Source: Lingula anatina (Eukaryota > Animalia > Brachiopoda). Taken from it: a stretch of 64,000 nt of DNA. The notes under the pieces are model-generated. The model had not been told where the DNA came from. It searched no databases and worked only from the letters and a program-made list of their open reading frames with translations. A program made the translations under genes and the position numbers. Location of the stretch: positions 15,934,001-15,998,000 of the forward strand of contig CM120640.1 in assembly GCA_051362555.1 (NCBI GenBank), in the 5' to 3' direction. Below, piece after piece: positions 26,191 through 54,542 of the stretch (position 1 is the stretch's first letter; every line of letters starts with the position of its first letter).

Positions 26191-27165
26191 GGCCACACTT
26201 TTTTATTTTTATGGATGACATCCTCTGAGTACCCCAAAATCGGTGCGAGAGGGCGAAAAAAAAAAAAAACAGTCCAAAAAAAAAAAAAAAACTGCTTAAG
26301 TAAAGGAATGCTGTCAGTACACAGCTGGAAACACAAATTTAACCACAGAAACACATATCAAACTAACAATATGTCTTTATCCATGCTCTCAAAATATTAA
26401 AGCATTGTGAATACTTCGTAGAAATGTAAAAAAAGTCATGAATTGATATACTTCATATTACCAAATCTATTTAAGGTTATTTCATGCATTCATTTGGTAT
26501 AGCAATCAATAAAACAAATATCAATCAAACAGTGTGTCTTTATTTGTATTCTCAGAATATTAAAACATTTTGAACACTTCACAGAAATGTTTAAAAAATG
26601 ATGCAAAGATATGCTTAATACTACCAAATCTATTAAAGGTCATTTCAGACGATGCCATTTTGTCAACTTCAACTCACACGAAGCAGCTAAACTGTCAGGT
26701 GGCCTGTCTGACCTTCAGCCCACCAAATACCTCGACGCCCTTGTCGACCCTTCTTTCGCTACAGAAAACCTGGTATTAATGTGCTGCTTTATACAGAATG
26801 TCACAGAAATGTTTCGGCCGCCGCCAGCCTTTCGCACAATTGTAAAAAGGTGATATCTCCATGCCCATTATCAATGGCATACCAATCCAAAACGATGGCG
26901 CCCGTTCTCTTTATGACTTTTATTGTTGTGTAATTTGAAAGTAATCCTAGAGATGAATTTGACAGCAAAGTGGCCGCATTTCCACGTGGCGAAAATACGC
27001 ATGCGCAGAAAGCTCATTTCCTTGCAAATTCAATAACAACGTTTGCGACAACCGACTTCGTTGGGGGCTGGGGGGGGGGGGCTTTTTTTTTTTTTTTTTT
27101 TTGGAGAACGGGCGAAAATCCGTGCGCGCGCAGGATGTCATCCATAAAATTAAAAAAGTGTGGCC
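26191..27165. mobile_element. Non-autonomous PIF/Harbinger-type DNA transposon (975 bp)
   Basis: 34-bp TIRs GGCCACACTTTTTTAwTTTTATGGATGACATCCT (26191-26224 / 27132-27165, one mismatch) flanked by a TAA TSD on both sides. It splits one unit of the tandem array; no transposase ORF. Confidence 0.85.
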
Positions 27166-29604
27166 TAACCAACACATGATCTCAAATACTTTATGCGGTC
27201 ATGACGTTGCTGACGACAAAGCGTCACGTTCCTGAACATATAATCAATTAAATTGTTACAAGTTTTGTCTTTTTGTGCAAACGTTTGGCGATCTTCCTAA
27301 CCTTTCCTAAAATAATGATAAGTATAGGGCATAGTACTTACAGCGATTGTCTAGTAAATTCTAGTGTCAATTTAGGCCTATTTGGAATTGTTTTAATACA
27401 CTTTCCATGTAACATAACGAACATTTGACCACAATCCTCTATGCGGTCATGACGTCGATGATCGCACAGCGTCACGTTCCTATGGTGGCACAAATAACGT
27501 GCATCATCAAAACATATCATCAAGCAACCGCATCAAAACATTCCAATGTTTCGTACACTCGCCCATTGCAAACTGATAATCTGCGAAATTTTCCTTATAT
27601 ATATATATATAGATATGAACAGGCACAACGCTGCTAAACCTCTTCAGAGCAGACAATACATGGAAATCCCGTTTTAATGGTTCAAAATTAAATTCAGAAT
27701 AGAATTATAGATGTACAAGTTTTGTTTTGTTATGCTACAATTCGGCGTTATTTCTCACCTTACCTAAAATTATGATAAGTTTATAGCATATTGCTTGCAT
27801 CGCTTATCCTAGTGTCACTGTAGGCGTATTTGGATTTTCTACATTTTTCCCGTAAAATACAGTATCAAATCCAACATACATGTATGACGACAAATCCTCT
27901 ATGCCGTCATGACGTCGATGACGACAAAACGTCATGTTCCTATGGAGGCACAAAACTACATGCATCAACAAAACATACAAACAGGCAACCGCATCATAAT
28001 ATTCAAATATTACCTACATTTGCGTTTTGCAATTTAACTCTCCTTTTGTAAATATAATAAAAAAAGAACACGGTTTAATTTCTCCATAACAGAACATGCA
28101 TGGCTATACAATTTAAGTTATACAAAATTAAATTTAGCTTATAATTACAGATTCTCAAATTTTGTATTTTTTGTCCAAAAATTGAACGATCTTCCTCACC
28201 ATTCCAAAGACCATGATAATTATGGAGTAGATACCTGCAGTGACTATCCTGCAAAATTTATTTCCATTGTATATGAAATTTTCTAAGATTCACTTTTCCT
28301 CGTATCATTGCAAAACACATACATGATTGTAAATGTGATAATGACGTTATATCTTTATAACCTGCTATTTCCCCTCCTTTCTGTAAATATGAACACGTAT
28401 GACACTCGGAACTACTCGGATGTCTCCGCACTCGACAATAACAATAGTATGGAGCTTGCGGAATGAGCCGAGGGTTGCCGATTGCACGTATGAAGAACAT
28501 CCTCTATGCGGTCATGACGTCGACGACGGCAAAGCGTTATGTTCCTATGGCGACCCAAAACTACATGCATCAACAAAACAAACAAGCAAGCAACCACAGC
28601 GTAATATATTCAAACATAACCTACATATTCTTTTACTCTTTTTTTTAATTTGAACCCGAGGAACACGTCTGAATTTCTCCAGTGCAGACTATGGGCCTTC
28701 ACGGAAATACTGTTAGAATACAACAAAATAAGATTATTCTAGAATGTAATAGGAATAATAAACTTTGTCTTTTTTATGGGATTGAAAGAGTTATTACCAC
28801 TCGTTTATTGAAAATTGAGCTTCAGCGTAATCATTGTGTTAATGTGGTAATGAAAAGCGCGCCAATTTTCTCTTGAACAAGTAAAAAAAATCATAGGCCT
28901 ATTTATATTGTTCAAAATTGATTTTTAGAACCATAAAATCACACCTTTTCCCTATTTTTGCAACACAGCTTAACGACTTTTCTTACCTTAAGTAAAATGA
29001 TGATAAGTAAAGCGCTGGTCGCTAGCAGCACTTGTGCTGTAAAATATACTTCCATTGTATTTGAAATTCTCCGAGATTCACTCTCCTTCGTAACATAGCA
29101 AAACAAATATATGACCTCAAATCCTCTATGGGGTCATGACGTCGCTGACGGTAAAGCGTCACGTTCCTATGGTGAAACAAAACTGAAGCGTGCAGCAAAT
29201 GGATTATATAGGTCTGAATATGATAGCAGAAATCGCCAGCGAAATAAAGGCATCTAAATGTTGCTTTTAGATATTATCCAACAAGAAAAAAACCCTGCAG
29301 TCTTATTGAGTATGTGCATATCAGTAAAAGTGAAGCTATCAAAATACGTTTTTTAATCAGTTTATCAGCATTTTTCCTTCAAAATGCACTAATATTCCCT
29401 AGGGTGTTCCTCCTTAAAACTGGAAAACAACCATTTACTATATTAAACTTTTATTTTTTTTAAATAACAAACATGCAATTGTTGAATTGGTGTGTATAAA
29501 TGATTATCTTTTGTGTAATTTTATGCTCAAACATTAAGTAGTGGTAATTTCTATCATTTCCCTTCTAGGAAAGTACTTCCTACTTTAGCTTTAGCTCACT
29601 TCCT

Positions 29605-29635
29605 CAAAAAAAAAAATAAAAAAATAAAAAAATAA

Positions 29636-29689
<54 letters not shown>

Positions 29690-29718
29690 AAAATAAATAA
29701 ATAAATAAATAAATAAAA
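29605..29718 (+). repeat. Compound (AAT)n/(AAAT)n microsatellite
   Basis: Read directly from the sequence. Confidence 0.9.
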
Positions 29719-30190
29719 TATGCATAACAAAATTTAAATACACATCTATACTGATCATTTTTTATCAAAAATAATCAGGAGTCTGCATTTAACACCTATT
29801 TATATGAACAATGGTCAAACCACCAGTCTTGTTCATGTATCACAGTTTAAAATTTGCTTTCACTGTTTCATTTCTATCAGACTTATCTCTCACTTTATGG
29901 CACACTTAAACAGCTTCAGTCACTAAAGCTAACAGTTTTTGTAAGTTGAATCAGAAATAACAGTCCTCTCCACTAGTTCCATATTACAAAAGCATCTTCA
30001 AAGAACTTTCTGTCCACTCTTGTCAAAGCAGCTCTGTTAAGTGACACTTGTATGTAAAAAAGAGGGATACAGCATGCAGCTGCCTGCAATATTTATCTTT
30101 ATATATAGTAAACCCCAGTATATTCTAAGTCTTCATTTTATTGCATGATGAGAACAGACTGTGAGCTTGGGACAGTCTTCTCAAAATTCC

Positions 30191-33100
30191 CTATGCTGGT
30201 TCATATCCTCTTTCTCCAAGAATCTTCCCATTATCTATACAGTCACTAACCCAATCTTGTGTAACAATATGGAATTTCTGCCATCTGGAGCGATTAAGGT
30301 CCCTGAATTTGTCAATCCTGCCCAGGTCTCTGTCGCATAAAACTACGTGGGTGACATCCTCGTTCAACATTTCACACAGAGTAGCTCCATACATCCTCAG
30401 TTCTAAGCTGGTCAGCTCCAAGCTGCAGTCCTTAATATGGGTGCTTTTGTCACCAATCACTGTGCTGTCATCTAGGTATAACCTGGAAAAAAAAGTTATG
30501 ACATTCTTAATTAAAATGCTTTTTTCAGTAAAGATAAACAGAGAGGGGTGAAATTTAGTCTACTGGTCCAGGAGTAATATTTTACTGAGTGAATAAGTGG
30601 GGCAACCTGTTACTTGGTCATATATATATCCAACAGTTCTGGAAGACAACTTTCATAATATTCATATGACCTCCATCCCAGTGATGACTATAAGTGTGAC
30701 AACTTGCATGTTAGTACAAAAAACCATATACAGTGTTGGGTAGATTTCAATTCAGCCTAGCAACGGTCAGCCTTTATCTTTCTATATGTACTGCATTGTA
30801 ATCTTTGTAACACAGTCTGTACTATATCTAAAACTGCTGAAACATTTACACTTGGCCAGAGTTTTAAAAATTCTTTATATGGTAATACAAGTAAATATAT
30901 CATATACTACAACATGTATAATACTATACAAAATGTTTCTACATTTCATTATCTTATCTAGAGAAAATGAAGAATTTTTTTCATAAGACACACATGGTTG
31001 AACTATTGGTGGAACAGAAATAAGTACCTGCATAGCCTGAACAGACCATATGTAGAACCTTCCACAAAATATTTATTTTCTATCTCAGCTATAAAATCTG
31101 TGCTCACTGGTTTCAATTTACCCTACAAAATGAAAACAAAAAAAATAAAATTTATTCATGTATGACTACAAAATGATGTTTCATATTTGAGCATCTAAAT
31201 TAAAGACAACAGAGTCAAATTATTAAATATTCATTGAAAAGGATGTCGACTGCATGTACAAAGATTTTTTTCCTCAAGGAACAATGTCAACTTCATATTA
31301 TTCATCTATTAAAAACAAATGCTTCGTCCAGACCTTATTTTGAATTCAGTCTATCTTAAACAGACTAGCATTTTTTAGCTTGCCTCCATGCAAAATTTTA
31401 AATTCTGTATCTTTTCATTAATCATCTACTTTAAAACAGTATTACTGTATTTGCAAATGATTTGGTTTTAATGTTTTCAATATGGTGCACTTAAATCCTT
31501 AAAATGATCATCAATCACGAAACCAATTTTTAAAAAATGATACAAAAATCACTCCATGTGGCAAATAACTTTGAGATAATTTAAAAGATAAAAATGGAGA
31601 GTGATGTAAAAGCAGCTTCAGGAGTTTAAAATAATAGGCATATTTGAGCCAAAGCAATATCGTACATACTATAATACTTTGTCAGTAATGTGCACAGGGA
31701 AAACATTTAACAGACAAATTAGCAATATCATGCAGTGCTCTACCCGTACCTCTTCTTGCACTTTCTTGAACACAACCATGAGCTGGTCTACAGTGGTATC
31801 TTCTGTGTAACTGTCTCCATAATCATCATAATTCTGTTTAAACAAGGCTTCTGTTTCTGGTCTGGCATGCAGCATGTCAGATGGAACCCTAGGGAAAAGA
31901 AATACAATGCTTGAAGAAATCAGGAATACCTGTTGCTATAGTAACTACCAGTAAAATTTAACTGCATGCATGAATAAACATTCATTGCAAGTAATACATC
32001 AGCATGGACTTGTGAAAACACACAGCTAGGCACATAAAAACTCAATAAGATTACATTTAACTACATGGAAAAATACAATAGCATTGCATTACACAGCTAT
32101 TTTGCTAATAGTTTCCCTTTCCCTGTAGCAGATTGGATACAACACAGTTCAATTAATTCAGAACTTCTTTTTATCAAAAGATATATGAAGAAATGTGGCC
32201 ATCACGATGGCTATATTTATATGCTAGAGAATATTATCTCTCCTACTTTCTTGAAAATATTTCGTACATGTAACAAGTAAAATGGGATTCCATGCTCTCA
32301 GTCAGTACAAGTAGTTGTAATTTCCAGGATACAGCCAGCAAATTTATTTTCCTCTTACCAAGGGAGGAGTCTCCTAGCCTCTGTGCATCTCAACAACCAG
32401 TCCAACTTCACTACATCATGTTTGTTGGTGCTGATGATGTTTTTCACTTTCATTTGCACTTTGTCACACAGCACACAAAACGTCTCTGGACCTGAATGAA
32501 AGTGTAGCATAAATCAGTATTATGGATCCAGTTGATTATCTGTGCATCATTCAACATCTATGGTAAAAAGAGGCTGAATGTCAAAATATTCCAGCAATAA
32601 TTCCCATTGGAGTAATACAACCTTGAACTTTAACATAACCTTGACATATTTGCAAACTTGACTGACCTGGATGTTGAACCACAGTTCCCCCATACTCAAC
32701 AATCTTCTTCTCGAGGCTGGCTTTGGAATGTTTACTTGACCCATTGACCACACAGAATTCTTTATCTTCAAAAAGTTCAGATACCTGAAGTGTGTTACAT
32801 TTTATCATGCATTTCTATTGAATTTTTTGTGCTTCAATAAATAAATATATTATTTGAAATTAAAAATAATACATGTATCTCATGTCAAATCTCCAAAATA
32901 TGTAATAATGAATGGGTAGTAACACACATATGACTCATATGTACATATCTTACTTACCTTTTTAACCTGTGAAGTATCAGTTGCTCTAAACTGTGGAGCA
33001 ACTGAAGGTTTCTCCTGTCTTACAACAACTTTCCTCTTCTTCTTAATTGGTTCATCTTCATGGTCCTCATCTGCATGGCGACCTGCTAGCTTACCAGCAA

Positions 33101-36100
33101 ATTGCTAAAAAAAAAAAAATAAATACAAAATAAAATAAAATAAAATAAAATAAATAACAATAAAAATAAACATCCATCTTATATATGTTATGAATAAATT
33201 TCCAGTATCATTACAGTACTTTTATAACCAAATTATTTTTTAGAAATTTCTTACATTTATCTTTAATCAAATCATATCAGTTTGGTTAAATTATTAAGGT
33301 GTCAGAGTTCTCATATTACTTGAATCTTTATTGCAAAATTGTACATGTATGGCCTTGATTTTGTATTTTGTGTAACCCATCAATTATCAGCCAGTGGTTC
33401 ATAAAGTGCAAATAAATATCAAAAATATATTACAAATTAATTAATTAATCAACATAGGAAAGGAAAATAAATTTAACCTCCTGTAGCTCCTTCAATTCTG
33501 TAAATGTCAAGCATTCATGCCATGGCTTGTCAGAGCGTATCTTTTCTACACGTGGAAATCTCAAGGTGCACCCAGTGCCAAACTTGTCACTGTCTGAGGT
33601 GATCTCAGAGGCTTTGATCTGTTGATATAATAAAAAGACATGAAAGGTTTATAATATTGTACATGTTGTTCACCATAAAACTCATAAAGACACTAAACAC
33701 ACCAATCTTACATTTTGCAATGTTAACTGTTGCAAAAGAAACACTACTCTGTTGTCCCCTGGCAAGTGTGAACTTGTTAAGATATGATATGATATGATAT
33801 GATATGACATGACATGACATGACATGACATGACATGACATGACATGACATGATATGATATGATTGGATAGAGATATTCCTAAACCAATAATATATGCCAC
33901 ATGACAATTAAATATGAATAAGAACCATTTCATCATTTCTTTTAGCCAAATTTGTTTTATCAATCAACAAAAATAGGTGTGCAAGCATGTAACTAGATCC
34001 TTACTTGCAGTATAGTGGAATCTGAAGGTTCTACCAGGAGACTGGGTTTCTCCCTGCCCAATATAAGCCAACTGGGGGGGCCTTTTCTGTCTGAATATGG
34101 AATCCATTTATCTTGCATGCGCCTGTTGAATTCAAACAGCTCTTTCCTGCTATATCCAGATCCCACCTATAGTATTTATAAACTAACTGTGTAGGTACAG
34201 TACATTGTCTATCTTTATTGCGAAGGATTAATTGTGCTTTTAAAAAAAAGAAACAATTCCAATGCTGAATTATTATTTATGTGCACGAGTCATGTTAACA
34301 ATTATGTTTCTCTCAAATTAGGACAAAACGTACATCATATATTCAACAAACCTAAGAAATAAGAAAAGCAATCAATGAACAAACTCACTGAAACTGAGAA
34401 TGTTCTGAAACAGCTTGTACACATATATACAGAACATTCAATGTAAATTACCACAAGTGAAAGAAAACTTGCATTTGGAGATCCCTCACCCGACAAAATG
34501 ACCTGAATTTGGAGGGCTTCTCTCCAGGCTCAAAGGCCTCAGCCACAGCACACAGGAAGTGTGACACCAGTCCCCCTCTGGCCCCCACACCAAAGTACCC
34601 TCCCACCACCAGGACATCTAGGTCATCTCCCAAACCCCTCACGTACTCAGGCTTGATCTTGTACCAGCCACCTTTGCGCACACTGGGTTTGTACACAGAG
34701 TCTGGGTTCTTAACCATGATCCCCTCTTCTCTCTTGTCAATGGCATCATTCAATGCTTGAAGACACTCCTTGCTTTAATACAAGGTTCAATTGTCAATAA
34801 TACAAATCAGTATACTTCTACTGGAAATTTGTTCATGATTATATCACACAGAAGTAGTGCAAAAGTACTTTTAGAAAATTACACATGCTGTAGTAAATAT
34901 TTTCTCCTCGGCATTCTCTCAAATGACATACTAAGTACTGAACCTTTAGAGCTACATGTAACTCCATCTAGTCTAATGTAAATCACCTGTACATGTAATA
35001 TTTATGCAAAAGTAAATAACAAAGCCATAACTACTCATACAATGCACACGCTATATATACAGCACCTTGTGGTTGCCTCTTTGCTTTCAGCAATAAACAT
35101 TCTGCATTCAACTGGATTAAAGACATCCTTCAGTATTTCCTTCCTTTCTCTGAGTGGAAGGTTGGACAGAACTCTATCATTCAGCAACAGGATATCAAAC
35201 ACACAAAGACAAGGCTGGTAACCATCTAGGTTAGTGTCAGATTTTATGTCAAAATTTTCTCCTTTGGTTCCTGTTGAAAGACAAAGTGTATATTATGAGA
35301 GAATATGTACTGTACTGGTAAGCCTACTGGAATTGTCGTCAAAGCATGGGCAATTGTTTCTAACATATGATTGTTTAATATGTGAGAAAAGTTGATACAG
35401 ATAAAATTTTGTAAAGGGATAACAATTTTATTTCCTGAAGTCAGAGAAAACAGAGAAAACAATTATTACTTTTAATAATCAAATAAAGAAAAATAATTTT
35501 TGAATACACAGCGGGCATTTAAATACAGACAGTATGTGCTCTGGTATTTTGTCTATATACAACACTTGTAGAATTCATTTGAAAACTAAACTACTAGTGT
35601 CACCGTTTCTCTGTGACAATCATCAAGGAATATCCACCATGGTCCAGTCTCATATCCAGTGTAGTTGGCTGTAGATGGATATAGACCAAAAGTCAGAGCT
35701 CATACCATTGGTATTTAAGTGTCCAGTATATGATCCAGTTTTCATTCTTAATTTGACCAAGGACGTTTATTGATATACGTCCTTGATTTGACTGAATAAA
35801 TTGAAATATCCATATATGATATATTTTATTCCATGTAAATTATTTCATAAGAAAAACCAAAATTATACTAATATGGACACACATGATGAGACAATCACTT
35901 TAAGCACAAAAGAAAAATCTATCAACTTACTAATTATTTTTGTTTCTGGGTGTATTCCTACCATTTCTCCATCAAGAATGCAATTTTTCACTCCTGGCTT
36001 GAAGCAGTTAGCAATAAATGGGGTTAAATTTCCGTCATAAGGATTTTCACCAAAGGTTCTGGAGTAATTGTGACCACTGAAAAAAAGCAAATTGAATTTT

Positions 36101-38703
36101 ATCCACATCAAAAAGGCAGAAACTATCAAATAACACATTTTAACTCATAAAGTATGCCATGTTCCTCAATATACGACAATGTAAAAATGTAAACTGAACT
36201 TACTTTCTTGAGAAATACATATATTCATCCTCTTTCTTGTGTAGCTGCATACGCTCTCCATCAAACTTGATTTCTATGTAGAACATCTTTCCTTCCATAA
36301 TTTTATCAAGCTAAATATAAAAAGGAGTTTTTCTTATCTCTCAAACATAAATTACCTGATCTTACAAGATTATATTATTGGCTGTTTTAATTGCTACATG
36401 AAATTAGCACGTTCATAGAGAAATTAAAAAAATTATACATATTTGGAAGTTTTTCTCTTCTTTTTTTACAAACAAAACTGACCTGTTTGGGCACTGCTAG
36501 CTCTCCCAACATTGGATGGAAGGGGGCACCCACTGATATCTCTATCTCATGCATACGAGTGCTAGGATCTTTAAGATTTGCACACACCTGAATTAATAAA
36601 ATTACTTTAAATAAAATTTCCCACTTAAATTGAATGAAAAGTTTTATGAGTTAAAGAAAAAACTTAAAATTTACACTCACATACAAACACACACACACAG
36701 ACACGCACAAAATGAAATGAAATAAATCTAACAATACATGGATCAACATAATGAAAAAAGAAAGTAACAGCTTTCTCAATTTACCTTTTCTAAACTTGTG
36801 GTCACATTGAAATATTCATTGGCATCAGGGTGAAAGACATTTAAAATGGCCTGTTGACTTAAACCACACTTCAACTCCTTCATGATCATCCTGCAGAGAT
36901 ACAATTAAAGCTAAAATTAATAAATTAAGTCGCTCTTAACTGATAACATTACACTCATTTATTAACTAGTAAGAAGCATTGATTGATTAGAGAATATTAC
37001 TTGGTCTGTATGAAGTTGTTTTAAAGTCAAGTTTAAAGACAATTTTTTCCTTTTTGATTAGAAATGGATTAGTATTCATCATACATCCTGTTCAATTAGT
37101 TATCCACACCTCTCACTTTCTTATCTTGTCAAAGAAAAACAAAGATTGGCCACTAATAACTTTTAGATTGAAAGTTACATCTTTAGCATCAATACAATAC
37201 AATACAATACAATACCTTATCAACCATTTCTGCTCAAGAGCTGACAGGTTCCTCAACAGATGCAGAATATTTTTTCTCACTAAATCTTTCTTTCCTGTGG
37301 TCTGATTTGTGGCAATACCATCTAGGCACTGGTTCACTTCCTCGATGGTCAAACTTCCCTTCTCTGGGCAGCGGGGCTTCAGCACAAAGTAGGCCACAGT
37401 TGCAAAATCACCAGCATCCTAAAATATTAAGAATATATGCATGGGGCTAAAGTCAGTAACTGGCCCTTAATTATGAATATGACGTTCAAAGGTTTTTACT
37501 GTACCCATTAACTAGTTAGGATCAAAACTGGTGAAAACAGCTTCTCTCATTCTTTTTGTTTTCATTTTATCCTTTTTCTTTAAATGATTTTAGTGATTTT
37601 AATTAAATCAAAGGTAAATAAAGATCAACAGGATTTTTTCATTCTCTCTAGTCTTTTTATATCATATTTAGCATTCTACAAAAGAAATATATGCTAGTGT
37701 AAGTTTAGACTCTCAAAATATCTAAGATAAAGCTATATCAACAATGTATTTCTACATACTGCAACTGATAATACTGTCAACTGATATGCAGAAGAAAAAC
37801 TTAAAATTTTTACAAAGCAAGTGATGATCTTCACAAAACAATAATCTCACTCTGAAAAAACCCTATATACCCCTTTAGCATTCTTGGGAGCTCTGTATTT
37901 AATCAACTTGTCTGCAGCAGGGCTGTCCTTTCCCAGGCACAGCACTTCTATATACAGCTTGGCAAGTGTGTTCTAAAATGTTAAGAAGAAAAATAACAAC
38001 CAGGTTCAAATGAGAAAATCAAAATTTGACAAACAATGGCACTTTTGTGCTTTCCAGAAATGTACAGTCAAAAATATCTTGTTGCAAAATTTTAATCAAT
38101 TTAAATTCTCAATAAAATGTAATTCTTAATAATCGATAAAATGTATTAATTACCTCCTTAATGCCATATGCAGCTCTTTCTCGCTCCAAATGGGGTAGCA
38201 GAAGTCTTAATGCTGAATAGAAACTGTCTGTCTGTAAAAATAAGATAAAATAAATTGCAATCAGTTATCAATCTCCATCGATGTCAAAACGATAAATTGA
38301 TGGAACTGTTTAAGTTGACATGAATTATGAAACTAGAAAAACCGGTAATTTATCAGGCTTTTCTGCTCCGCCCCACCCCCTATTCCTCTTCAGCACCCTA
38401 TGATTATCATTGTATTGATTTAAATAAATTTAATTATCGAATGGGAATGCAACTCTTTTTCATTTTCATGTGTGTAAAGAGGAAATTTTAAGGAGAAAGA
38501 AAAACTTCAAAGATGAATTACGTCGACTCTCGTCGACTTCCTACCGTATTAGCATCGTCTGCATGCAACTTTCCATGGAAATCACGCCAGCGGTTAATGA
38601 ATTCTTGCAGCAGAAGTTTTTTGTCCGCTCCTTGCTTTTTGCTTATTTTCTCGAGTAGTCCTGCAAGTTCGGAAAATGGAACTTTGGAAGCAACCGTAGT
38701 CAT
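30191..38703 (-). CDS. LIG4: DNA ligase IV, about 18 coding exons
   Basis: Start [13 protein letters not shown] (38703); [25 protein letters not shown], active-site [15 protein letters not shown] (about 36310-36203), [64 protein letters not shown]-like KKKRK, BRCT1 ([11 protein letters not shown]), XRCC4-binding linker YDDYGDSY and BRCT2 ending at stop 30191. GT-AG introns in phase. Confidence 0.96.
33781..33862 (+). repeat. (GATAT)n(GACAT)n pentanucleotide microsatellite in a LIG4 intron
   Basis: Read directly; it explains the spurious [10 protein letters not shown] ORFs. Confidence 0.95.
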
Positions 38704-39303
38704 TGTTGTACAAGCCGCATGTATCACTGTGAATGTAAACACACCAGTCTCTGCGTGCAGGGAAGCATATCAATTTGTGTTGAAAACCCAGTAAAACATT
38801 CCTCCATAAATCAGTAAAATAATAATTTAGACATACATATTTTAAATTAAACATTGTAAAAGGTTGTTAAGTATTTATTATAAGTAACATTAGATTATTA
38901 TTTAGATAATTTATGTACCAACACATAGTTTATTTTTCTGTTTTGGGGTCTTCAATTTATGGAACCAGCTAAGAATCATCACATCTATTACCAAGAAGCA
39001 GGTGGTAAGTCTATCGGAACAAAAACAGATTAAAAACAATAAATAGTTATGTTAATTTAAATTTCAGATAACTATTATTTTGAAAATATAACTGATTCTT
39101 TGTTTAAGAATGAATTAAAAAGTATGTTTGAGATAAGATCATTGATTTCCATCTAGCATTAAAGCTCAATTTTCTATGTTTGTATGTCGCATAGGACAAG
39201 GTGCGCATGCGTTAATAAATTTTAACGGACTCAAATAATCGGCGAATTTTCAGACAAATTATAACTAGTTTTGTAGCTGGAGTAAACTTATGATACCATT
39301 CTC
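38704..39303. promoter_or_regulatory. Bidirectional promoter LIG4 / kinesin-13
   Basis: Divergent ATGs 600 bp apart; NRF1-type motif TGCGCATGCG at 39202-39211; CpGs retained around both first exons. Confidence 0.65.

Positions 39304-54542
<15,239 letters not shown>

Larger units (their letters stand above)
21540..29185 (+). repeat. Degenerate large-unit tandem array (about 460 and 610 bp periods) interrupted by insertions
   Basis: Core CCTCTATGCGGTCATGACGTCGATGACGGCAAAGCGTCACGTTCCTATGGTGGCACAAAACTACATGCATCAAC recurs near 21690, 22150, 22770, 27190, 27440, 27900, 28500 and 29125, all in the same orientation with shared flanks. Confidence 0.85.

Noticed and set aside
21540-29185. CRISPR-like appearance of the recurring palindromic core
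   Set aside because: Eukaryotic context, the intervening sequences are homologous to each other and hundreds of bp long, and there are no cas genes.
33605-33963. ORFs with SCHVM repeats
   Set aside because: Artefact of the pentanucleotide microsatellite in a LIG4 intron.
35640-35690. Small imperfect hairpin in a LIG4 intron (miRNA-like)
   Set aside because: The stem is too short and imperfect for a pre-miRNA call without small-RNA data.
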